A stretch of DNA of 6,532 bases from a virus (taxonomy: Duplodnaviria; Heunggongvirae; Uroviricota; Caudoviricetes). The DNA lies in the IMG/VR virus record IMGVR_UViG_2711768009_000014; one strand, 5' to 3'. The position numbers were made by a program, and so were the translations under genes. Shown piece after piece: positions 1-5,674 of this stretch (position 1 is the first letter of the stretch; every line of letters begins with the position of its first letter). A model generated the notes under the pieces. It was not told the origin of the DNA. It searched no databases and saw only the letters and a list, made by a program, of their open reading frames with translations.

Positions 1-140
1 CATTGAGATTTTCTACAATCGTCAGCGTCGTCACTCTCGTCTGGGGAATATCTCCCCGGCAGCCTTCAGGGAAAAATATCATCAGATGGCTGCTTAAAAA
101 AAGAACAAATGGTAGTGTCCGCTATTGCCAGTACACCTCA
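1..140 (+). mobile_element. IS3-family insertion sequence, right end only (orfB 3' end plus terminal inverted repeat ending ...CA at 140); the rest of the element lies outside the window
   Basis: Bases 1-140 are the exact reverse complement of 6393-6532; identity stops abruptly at 140/141 and 6393/6392. Contains the C-terminal coding end of a transposase with the IS3-family OrfB signature ...FYNRQRRHSRLG..SP..F... The specific IS name cannot be assigned from memory. Confidence 0.8.
2..97 (+). CDS. IS3-family transposase OrfB, C-terminal 31 codons (5'-partial, runs off window start)
   Basis: Frame 2 translation IEIFYNRQRRHSRLGNISPAAFREKYHQMAA* with stop TAA at 95-97; the YNRQRRHS motif is typical of the C-terminus of IS3-family integrase-domain transposases. 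Confidence 0.75.
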   Translation: MEIFYNRQRRHSRLGNISPAAFREKYHQMAA

Positions 141-325
141 GGATAGCGGTCATGTGATGCCGGTTTCCCGGTAACTCAGCACCGGTATCTGAGTCAACGT
201 TTTCTCTACTGGGTCATTTCCGATACGCCCTGCCTGCTGACAGGCTTTCATCACATCTGAAAATATAGCACCCTGACTGATACTGTAGTACCTAAGGTTC
301 CAGAAACTGTGATGTATCCGGCACA

Positions 326-347
326 GAAAAGCCCCTCCGGAGAGGGC
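326..347 (-). terminator. Possible rho-independent terminator downstream of the tRNA cluster
   Basis: Minus strand reads CCCTC-tccg-GAGGG (5-bp stem) followed by GCTTTTCTGTG; short stem, imperfect U-run. Confidence 0.3.
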
Positions 348-584
348 TGGAGAGTGGCGCTATGTGCCATTGCATGATGCCGGGTGCCTCCCGGTGAATT
401 CAGTACCAGCACCTGAATCCGCGATTATCCCATATACCTACTCGCTGATTGCCCCTCCGCACAGGGGGATTCACCATGCCAGTTTCTTTTAACAAACTCC
501 CCGCAAAACAGACAACTGTCAACCGTCTGAATTGTGAGACATTTAAAAAAAAGGCCCGCAAAAGCGAGCCAGGGAAAATAAGTG

Positions 585-661
585 TGGCGCGTTGTACTGG
601 ATTCGAACCAGTGACCGATTGCTTAGAAGGCAATTGCTCTGTCCGGCTGAGCTAACAACGC
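585..661 (-). tRNA. tRNA-Arg (anticodon UCU)
   Basis: Minus-strand sequence GCGTTGT-TA-GCTC-AGCCGGACA-GAGC-A-ATTGC-CTTCTAA-GCAAT-CGGTC-ACTGG-TTCGAAT-CCAGT-ACAACGC-G-CCA folds as a canonical cloverleaf with perfect 7-bp acceptor stem, GTTCGAATC T-loop, encoded CCA; anticodon loop CT-TCT-AA. Confidence 0.85.
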
Positions 662-674
662 ATGATGCAGATAA

Positions 675-751
675 TGGACCGCCATCGGGGACTTGAACCC
701 CGCGCAGCCAGCTTCGAAGGCTGGCGCTCTTTCCTGATGAGCTAATGGCGG
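675..751 (-). tRNA. tRNA-Arg (anticodon UCG)
   Basis: Minus-strand CCGCCAT-TA-GCTC-ATCAGGAAA-GAGC-G-CCAGC-CTTCGAA-GCTGG-CTGCG-CGGGG-TTCAAGT-CCCCG-ATGGCGG-T-CCA; perfect acceptor, anticodon and T stems; anticodon loop CT-TCG-AA. The 5' nucleotide is C (C1-G72), unusual but tolerated. Confidence 0.8.
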
Positions 752-758
752 TATGTGA

Positions 759-834
759 TGGTGGCCCTTGCTGGATTTGAACCAGCGACCTGGCGATTAT
801 GAGTCGCTCGCTCTCACCACTGAGCTAAAGGGCC
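759..834 (-). tRNA. tRNA with CAU anticodon (tRNA-Ile2 lysidine-type or tRNA-Met; cannot be distinguished from sequence alone)
   Basis: Minus-strand GGCCCTT-TA-GCTC-AGTGGTGA-GAGC-G-AGCGA-CTCATAA-TCGCC-AGGTC-GCTGG-TTCAAAT-CCAGC-AAGGGCC-A-CCA; perfect 7-bp acceptor stem, encoded CCA. A CAU/Arg/Arg tRNA trio in this order matches the ileZ-argN-argO arrangement recalled from Stx-converting lambdoid phages. Confidence 0.85.
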
Positions 835-874
835 GGGAGCCGCATAATAACGACGCGTAATTAATTCTTCAATA

Positions 875-1828
875 TCATCCGTTCTGGCTGACTAAATCCT
901 GTACTTCCCGAACCGTCTGCTCAAAACGTTCAGTCTCCAGCTCAACGCCAATTGCACGACGCCCGAGCGCCAGTGCCGCTTTCACTGTCGAACCCAACCC
1001 CATGAAAAAATCTGCAATCAGGTCACCCGGACGACTGCTAGCGCTGATTATCTGCTGCAGCATTTCTGCCGGTTTTTCGCACGGATGTTTCCCGGGATAG
1101 AACTGCACCGGTTTATGCGTCCACACATCGGTATACGGCACCTGCACCGTCACGCCAAAATACCGCCGCAGATGTTTATATTCACTCAGCAGCTCCGCAT
1201 ACTGCCGGTTCAGTGAGGTATACGTATCCACCAGCTGGTGGTGGAGCTTTTCCAGTTCACCACGCCGATGCTTCTCTTCTGCCACCCGGGCAAACAGCGC
1301 CTGTAATTTCAGATAATCGCTTTCATTCGGCAACTGCCACTGACCGGCACTGAACCAGTGCGACACCATGTTTTTCTTTCCTGTGGCATCTGCAATCTGT
1401 TTTGCCGTTATCCCCAGGGCAGCTCGCGCATCACGAAAGTAAGAAATCAGCGGGGCCATCACATGCTGTTTCAGTGCACTGCCCTTCGCCGCATACCCGG
1501 CATCTTTCGGACGATACGGCCCCTGATAATGTTCCGCGAACAGAATGCGCTCTGTGGCGGGGAAATACGCCCGCAGGCTTTCCTTGTTGCATCCGTTCCA
1601 GCGTCCGGACGGCTTCGCCCAGATAATATGGTTCAGCACACTGAAGCGTTCACGCATCATGATTTCGATATCAGATGCCAGGCGATGACCACAGAACAGG
1701 TAAAGACTTCCGGCAGGTTTCAGCACCCGCCAGAACTGCGCCAGACACTGGTCCAGCCACTTCAGGTAATCATCGTCGCCCTTCCACTGGTTATCCCAGC
1801 CCTCAGGCTTCACTTTAAAGTACGGCGG
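875..1828 (-). CDS. DNA methyltransferase, beta-class (N6-adenine or N4-cytosine), 5'-partial because the N-terminus is interrupted by the N gap
   Basis: ORF 875..1813 extends in frame to the gap edge, where the codons read PPYFK (catalytic motif IV, DPPY; base 1829 is consistent with a GAC Asp codon). Near the C-terminus the AdoMet-binding motif I appears as DFFMGLGST. Motif IV before motif I defines the beta permutation. No restriction endonuclease candidate is adjacent. Confidence 0.85.
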   Translation of the reverse strand, partial: PPYFKVKPEGWDNQWKGDDDYLKWLDQCLAQFWRVLKPAGSLYLFCGHRLASDIEIMMRERFSVLNHIIWAKPSGRWNGCNKESLRAYFPATERILFAEHYQGPYRPKDAGYAAKGSALKQHVMAPLISYFRDARAALGITAKQIADATGKKNMVSHWFSAGQWQLPNESDYLKLQALFARVAEEKHRRGELEKLHHQLVDTYTSLNRQYAELLSEYKHLRRYFGVTVQVPYTDVWTHKPVQFYPGKHPCEKPAEMLQQIISASSRPGDLIADFFMGLGSTVKAALALGRRAIGVELETERFEQTVREVQDLVSQNG

Positions 1829-1829
1829 G

Positions 1830-1860
1830 NNNNNNNNNNNNNNNNNNNNNNNNNNNNNNN
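1830..1860. other. Run of 31 N (assembly gap or masked bases)
   Basis: Literal n characters at 1830-1860; true length and sequence unknown, so reading frame across the gap is not defined. Confidence 0.99.
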
Positions 1861-1952
1861 GCGCAAAGCAGTGGGCCTGAGGTTTGCTTGTGAACCCAAC
1901 GCATGAGCAGATGGCTGGTGGGTGCCCCTAACACCCACCAGCCGCCCATTTA

Positions 1953-1984
1953 CCACAAATAAAAAAGCCTTCACTGCGGAAGGC
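1953..1984 (-). terminator. Rho-independent terminator overlapping the stop codon of the 65-aa ORF
   Basis: Minus strand: GCCTTC-cgcagt-GAAGGC (6-bp perfect stem) followed by TTTTTTATTTGTGG. Confidence 0.55.
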
Positions 1985-2168
1985 GTCTGTAACAACCGAA
2001 CTGATAGTCTGCCAGACCCGCCATAACCAGCTGGGTCAGTATTAACTGGCAGCGTTCGCGTGAAAGGTAAGTATTCTGCGCTATCTCCCCGACTGTCGCC
2101 GGTTCGGTAACGCTTAATTCATTAAACACCACTCTGGCGGTTTCTGTCATATCCTGCTGTTTTAGCAT
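1971..2168 (-). CDS. Hypothetical small protein (65 aa), possible helix-turn-helix DNA-binding fold; first ORF downstream of pR'/tR'
   Basis: ATG at 2168-2166 preceded by AAAGGAAAAGAC; protein MLKQQDMTETARVVFNELSVTEPATVGEIAQNTYLSRERCQLILTQLVMAGLADYQFGCYRRLPQ. The segment TVGEIAQNTYLSRERCQLILTQL resembles an HTH recognition helix; no family assigned. Confidence 0.45.
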   Translation of the reverse strand: MLKQQDMTETARVVFNELSVTEPATVGEIAQNTYLSRERCQLILTQLVMAGLADYQFGCYRRLPQ

Positions 2169-2288
2169 GTCTTTTCCTTTTCCGGTTAACGTGACACACC
2201 AATAACTCTTGTCGAAAAAGCCAGCAAGCTGAAAGACAGGTATTCACCGCCACCAGCGCGTTTACTGTACTGACGCGATTTCAGTCAT

Positions 2289-2310
2289 AAAAAACCCGCT
2301 CGGCGGCGGG
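2289..2310 (-). terminator. tR'-like rho-independent terminator of the late promoter leader
   Basis: Minus strand CCCGC-cgccga-GCGGG followed by TTTTTTATG; lies about 45-65 nt downstream of the predicted pR' start. Confidence 0.6.
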
Positions 2311-2351
2311 TTGTAGAAACTCTTCTAACGTCAGGCATAAAACGCCCATCG

Positions 2352-2387
2352 TTATAACGAATTTACCACAGATTCCGGAAAAATCAA
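2352..2387 (-). promoter_or_regulatory. Late promoter pR'-like (Q-dependent), with lambda-type -10 TAAATT and downstream AACGATGGG sigma70 pause element
   Basis: Minus strand, immediately after the Q stop codon: TTGATT (2387-2382) - 16 nt - TAAATT (2365-2360) - cgttata - ACGATGGG. Lambda pR' as I recall it has TTGACT, TAAATT and AACGATGGG at matching spacing. Confidence 0.6.
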
Positions 2388-2392
2388 CCTTG

Positions 2393-3214
2393 TTACCTAG
2401 TTACCTTTTTTAACTGCCGCTCAGCCCATGCTTCTTCAATATCAAACCGGGTCACCAGCGCATCATAAAATTTCTTAACTGTTTTTTCCCATGACGCGCG
2501 TGTTATCTGGTTTGTCACCTCGCATATAGCATTAAATGCCTCCGTTGATGGTAGTCTTTCATAGCCACGACCACCACAACGCTGGCAGTCTCTGATAACA
2601 GGCATACCACGTTTTACCGACTCTTCACGATGAATGGCGACACCACGCCCACGGCAATCCTTACAGGCGGTGGAAACCTCACCCTTTCCGCCACACTCCG
2701 GACAGGCAACTTTTACCACCTCCCTGACTTTTTTCCATTCTTCCCAGTAAGACGGATACACACCTTTCGTACACTTTGCCCATACCGGCGGCTTACCATC
2801 CGGATACTGGATCTTGTTTGTAAAAACCTCGCTTTCAATAAATTTTTTTCCGTGACAGCAGGGGCACTGTTTTTTGCTCGCCGCGCTACGGGCATAATCT
2901 TCAAACGCATACGAAGCCATAATACGCATCACTGCCGGTTTTATTTCTGCCGGGAGTTTTCTTAACGCCGCCACGCGATCACACCGACTGAGTGCATATT
3001 CTGTCAGCAATTCTGTTGCCCGCTCTCTGTCATTCATACTAATGCCCATTTTCCCAAGGAACGCAGAAACCCCCATCTCAGCCCGATTCTGTGTCATGCC
3101 CTGCGCGGCCATCACATCAGTGATACTCAGCGCATCTTTCGACGTTGAGGCCGATGCATCAGTCAGGCCGGGGGATTTTGGGGAGTAGTATTTCGGTAAA
3201 TCTTCCAGTTTCAT
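2393..3214 (-). CDS. Q: Late-gene antitermination protein Q (lambda Q family) with an expanded cysteine-rich zinc-finger region
   Basis: 273 aa; recognisable blocks shared with lambda Q as recalled: N-terminal M-[KR]-LE...K-[FY]-x-SPKSP, TDVMAAxGM, AxYAFxDYxRSAA, C-terminal WxxTVKxxYDALV. The central region carries CPCCHGKK, CPECGGKG, CKDCRGRG and CQRCGGRG (CxxCxGxG repeats). Start ATG overlaps the rusA stop (ATGA); followed directly by the pR'-like promoter. Confidence 0.8.
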   Translation of the reverse strand: MKLEDLPKYYSPKSPGLTDASASTSKDALSITDVMAAQGMTQNRAEMGVSAFLGKMGISMNDRERATELLTEYALSRCDRVAALRKLPAEIKPAVMRIMASYAFEDYARSAASKKQCPCCHGKKFIESEVFTNKIQYPDGKPPVWAKCTKGVYPSYWEEWKKVREVVKVACPECGGKGEVSTACKDCRGRGVAIHREESVKRGMPVIRDCQRCGGRGYERLPSTEAFNAICEVTNQITRASWEKTVKKFYDALVTRFDIEEAWAERQLKKVTR

Positions 3215-3591
3215 TTTTTGACCTGCCCTTCAAGCATTATGGGATAAATCTTCACCCCCAGACGTCCACCAGATACTGGCTGAGCACGAACGATATTGAT
3301 TTCATCAAACTGCTCATCGTCCATTAGCAACCCCGCATGCGTCAGCGCATCCAGCGGCGCTTTCAGAATATTGTCCAGGTCACGGCGGCGCTTATCCGGT
3401 GGTTCTGCAATAATTTTTATTGCCAACCTTCCGGACAGGCTTAATTTCAGCCGCTGCTGGCGAACAATAAGCGCCACTGCCCGGCGATAACGCTCCCCGG
3501 CTTTTGATACAAAATATGTGCTGCCACGACGACGCCAGTAAGTGTTCACCGTCGGCGGGTAAGGTAAAACAAATTCTATGCGCTCGGTCAT
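3211..3591 (-). CDS. rusA: RusA-family Holliday junction resolvase (crossover junction endodeoxyribonuclease)
   Basis: 126 aa; motifs LPYPPTVN, PDKRRRDLDN, KAPLDALTHAGLLMDDEQF and SGGRLGVKI align with E. coli RusA (LPWPPSNN, PDRRRRDLDN, KAAFDALTKAGFWLDDAQV, KGGRLELTI). ATG abuts the upstream stop (TAAATG). Confidence 0.9.
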   Translation of the reverse strand: MTERIEFVLPYPPTVNTYWRRRGSTYFVSKAGERYRRAVALIVRQQRLKLSLSGRLAIKIIAEPPDKRRRDLDNILKAPLDALTHAGLLMDDEQFDEINIVRAQPVSGGRLGVKIYPIMLEGQVKK

Positions 3592-4650
3592 TTATGCTTT
3601 CCACTTCAGAACACCCGAATTTCTCGCGTGCATTAAAAAACGAATCAGCAACAACAGCTGACTGCCGTGTTTCTCTTCAAAATCTTTTACTCCGGCATGT
3701 AGTTCGTTACGGCATTTACGGCATAACGGAATAACAAACAAATCATCAGCCTTTGTTCCCATCCCTCCCAGTCCATGACCAATGATGTGATGCGGATCAT
3801 CTGCCTGATTGCCACACGTCATGCATTTCTGCGTTTTTACCCAGCGCGTGTATACAGGCATCTCTTCCCGTTGTGATTTCTGGCGCTGGAGATACTGAGC
3901 CGGTGACTCCGGATCAACGGCAATGCTGACCACCGTCTTTTCCTGTGGTGGGTTCTGTTGCTGGTGGACGTGAGGCAGTAACGCAATATTTTTTGTGCGC
4001 TGCTTCAGTATGCTGGTGGCTGTCTGCTCTCCCGGTATGATGTCGCTTTCACTGTACACAGAGCGAATTTTTTCCGCACGCAACCCCAGCGAACGACGTA
4101 ATACCGCTTCCGGTAGCGCGTCCGCCACCTGATTGCGGACCGCCCACCAGGATAATTCAGCCAGAGATAATTCACGCTCCTGCGTACCGCTTATTGCGTG
4201 ACCGATGACGTCAATCATCCATGCTGACAGGTTTTGATGAGCAAGTTGCTCGAGTGATTCGGATGTCTGGTCACGCAGCTGGTTGTCGCAGTGCCAGCAC
4301 AACACCATTGCGCCGGTACCATAACGGTGAATGACGGTTTCGCTGTGATGATAATCGCCGTGTGGCCACTGGCAGGATTTAATATGGCGCAACAGCCAGT
4401 CAGACAATGCACCAGCACCACCAGCAGCACGAATCACCCGTGCGTTACTGAAAAACGGCAGCAATGTTTTGTCTTCCACCAGCGGCTGGCGAGCGGCAGG
4501 AACGACCCCGGACGGCAGATTACGCATGCTTTTTGGTTCCGGCTCCACCAGTATTCTGCCGTTATGGAATGCTGACATTGATTCACGGCCTGGCTTAACG
4601 ATAACCAGACCGAGTTCCGGTACCAGAACAGGTCGAAGTAATACCCGCAC
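3592..4650 (-). CDS. Prophage DUF968-like protein (YdfU-like) with C-terminal HNH-like Cys/His motif
   Basis: 352-aa ORF with GTG start preceded by a strong SD (tctGGAGGtaatGTG); C-terminal CMTCGNQADDPHHIIGHG...CRKCRNELH resembles an HNH/zinc-ribbon nuclease motif. Size and position (immediately upstream of rusA and Q) match the ydfU-type gene of Qin-like prophages; family assignment is from memory. Alternative ATG start at 4578. Confidence 0.6.
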   Translation of the reverse strand: MRVLLRPVLVPELGLVIVKPGRESMSAFHNGRILVEPEPKSMRNLPSGVVPAARQPLVEDKTLLPFFSNARVIRAAGGAGALSDWLLRHIKSCQWPHGDYHHSETVIHRYGTGAMVLCWHCDNQLRDQTSESLEQLAHQNLSAWMIDVIGHAISGTQERELSLAELSWWAVRNQVADALPEAVLRRSLGLRAEKIRSVYSESDIIPGEQTATSILKQRTKNIALLPHVHQQQNPPQEKTVVSIAVDPESPAQYLQRQKSQREEMPVYTRWVKTQKCMTCGNQADDPHHIIGHGLGGMGTKADDLFVIPLCRKCRNELHAGVKDFEEKHGSQLLLLIRFLMHARNSGVLKWKA

Positions 4651-4725
4651 ATTACCTCCAGATCCGTTGCTGGAATGTGCGGGACGGACGCGTTGGCCGT
4701 TCGGAGTAAGGGAGCCTGACGGAGA

Positions 4726-5007
4726 TTATCCAGTGACGGTAGTCGAGGCTAAGGGCTTTTTTAACCTCGCATCCGCGCCTGCGGTAACACTGAATGAGCC
4801 ATTCGGCCTGTTCTTCAGTGCATGGGGGATGCTGGTACCAATCAGATTTAAATGCGTGAGAGCGCCGCCCGTGCCTGCTGGCAAAGACGGCTGAATTATC
4901 AGAATTGTGTAGTCTGGAAGGCAGTGGCTGACAATAGCGCCATTCTCAACGCGCACAGTATAGAGGCCATCTTCACTAAAAATTTCACGTAATTCTTCGA
5001 TTTTCAT
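4726..5007 (-). CDS. Hypothetical protein (93 aa from ATG at 5007)
   Basis: ATG at 5007-5005 preceded by a good SD (ctGGAAGGAttctgttgATG). N-terminal 40 aa (MKIEELREIFSEDGLYTVRVENGAIVSHCLPDYTILIIQ) look protein-like; the C-terminal half is Pro/Gly/Thr/Ala-rich and unusual. Confidence 0.45.
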   Translation of the reverse strand: MKIEELREIFSEDGLYTVRVENGAIVSHCLPDYTILIIQPSLPAGTGGALTHLNLIGTSIPHALKNRPNGSFSVTAGADARLKKPLASTTVTG

Positions 5008-5089
5008 CAACAGAATCCTTCCAGATAAATAGCACTCCCCTGTTCGGGGTCCATCCCTCTTCTCCCTGCGCGCTACTTAAGTATTTTTG

Positions 5090-5119
5090 ATTCTATTCCG
5101 GCACCATCTAAAACTTCAA
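5090..5119 (-). promoter_or_regulatory. Candidate sigma70 promoter for the 93aa-DUF968-rusA-Q operon
   Basis: Minus strand TTGAAG - 18 nt - TAGAAT, directly downstream of the hok terminator and about 85 nt upstream of the 93-aa ORF start; spacer slightly long. Confidence 0.35.
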
Positions 5120-5126
5120 ACGCGTT

Positions 5127-5159
5127 GAAAATAAAAACAAAAACCCGCCGAAGCGGGTT
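5127..5159 (-). terminator. Rho-independent terminator at the 3' end of the hok mRNA
   Basis: Minus strand AACCCGC-ttcg-GCGGGTT followed by TTTTGTTTTTATTTT; about 70 nt downstream of the hok stop, as expected for a hok transcript with a 3' fold-back region. Confidence 0.7.
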
Positions 5160-5227
5160 AAGTGTGGGTGCATTGAGGATGCCTGCCCCATCAGAGGTGG
5201 CGAGGGATTTCTCCCCCGCCTGGTCTC

Positions 5228-5383
5228 TTACTCCTCAGGTTCGTAAGCTGTGAAGACAGCGACCTCCGTCTGGCCGGTTCGAATTCGTACCTCGCAGAGG
5301 TCTTTCCTCGTTACCAGTGCCGTCACTATGACGGTTAAACAGATGACGATCAGGGCGATTAACATCGCCTTTTGCTGCTTCAT
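5228..5383 (-). CDS. hok: Hok/Gef-family membrane toxin (type I toxin), HokD/RelF-like, 51 aa
   Basis: MKQQKAMLIALIVICLTVIVTALVTRKDLCEVRIRTGQTEVAVFTAYEPEE: single transmembrane helix plus the conserved C-terminal ...RKxLCEVRIR..G.xEVAAF.AYE block of Hok proteins; SD GGAG 9 nt upstream. The leader (GCTTGAGGCT ... TAGCCTCTTAC ... GCAAGGAGAAG.AGGC.ATGAA) parallels the plasmid R1 hok mRNA leader as recalled. Confidence 0.9.
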   Translation of the reverse strand: MKQQKAMLIALIVICLTVIVTALVTRKDLCEVRIRTGQTEVAVFTAYEPEE

Positions 5384-5431
5384 AGCCTGCTTCTCCTTGC
5401 CTTTCGGCACGTAAGAGGCTAACCTAGATTT

Positions 5432-5505
5432 GCCGTTCATAGATTGAGCCTCAGATTAATGTTAAGCGTCTTGCCGGACGCGTAATGTTAACTGGGGCTT
5501 TTCTC
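5432..5505 (+). ncRNA. Putative Sok-like antisense RNA (antitoxin of the hok locus)
   Basis: On the plus strand inside the hok leader: TTGCCT (5397-5402) - 17 nt - TAACCT (5420-5425), with a transcript complementary to the mok-like SD/start region and ending near GGGGCTTTTCTCT (about 5495-5505), which resembles the 3' end of R1 Sok (GGGGCUAUCUUCUUU). Ends are approximate; no clean terminator hairpin identified. Confidence 0.4.
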
Positions 5506-5559
5506 TATCTGCCTTTTGGTGTTCATGCCTGAGACAGATAGCCTCAAGCACCCGCTGCA

Positions 5560-5588
5560 ATTCTACTTAACTCTCCTTTTCCCGCAAA
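5560..5588 (-). promoter_or_regulatory. Candidate hok mRNA promoter
   Basis: Minus strand TTTGCG - 17 nt - TAGAAT, with predicted start about 7 nt downstream at ..GGGTGCTTGAGGCT, corresponding to the conserved 5' end of hok mRNAs. Confidence 0.5.
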
Positions 5589-5674
5589 CCGTTTTTATCC
5601 CCAGCGGCAAATCGAATACACCACCAGCGCCACCGCCATCGCAATTCCTACCGTTGTTAATGCTTCAGGCCAGG

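Noticed and set aside
152-253. 33-codon minus-strand ORF (MKACQQAGRIGNDPVEKTLTQIPVLSYRETGIT) ending just inside the left IS junction
   Set aside because: No SD, short, and in a region that looks like a non-coding remnant; coordinates approximate.
141-584. Possible stx or lysis gene remnant downstream of the tRNAs
   Set aside because: Compared by eye with the start of stx2A as recalled; no resemblance on either strand and no ORF of meaningful length.
400-655. ORFs 400..633 (-) and 449..655 (+)
   Set aside because: Both run through the tRNA-Arg(UCU) gene and the adjacent non-coding stub; no SD, odd composition; explained by the tRNA.
1358-1906. Plus-strand ORFs 1358..1906 and 1402..1626
   Set aside because: Antisense to the methyltransferase gene, which has clear catalytic motifs; Arg/Pro/Cys-rich translations typical of antisense frames; one spans the N gap.
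1810-1995. Minus-strand ORF 1810..1995 spanning the N gap
   Set aside because: Frame continuity across an unknown-length N run is meaningless; uses a TTG start inside the terminator hairpin; translation does not resemble a methyltransferase N-terminus.
2630-2965. ORFs 2630..2965 (+) and 2713..2910 (-) inside the Q gene
   Set aside because: Alternative or antisense frames of a gene with strong family-level motif support; low-complexity, Arg-rich translations.
3145-3734. ORFs 3145..3327 (+), 3296..3490 (+), 3392..3604 (-), 3504..3734 (+)
   Set aside because: Overlap rusA and the start of the DUF968-like gene in other frames or on the opposite strand; the rusA frame is supported by catalytic motifs and translational coupling.
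4215-4894. ORFs 4215..4430 (-), 4291..4575 (+), 4434..4652 (-), 4469..4894 (+)
   Set aside because: Embedded in or antisense to the 352-aa DUF968-like gene and the 93-aa gene; Cys/Trp/Arg-rich, no SD.
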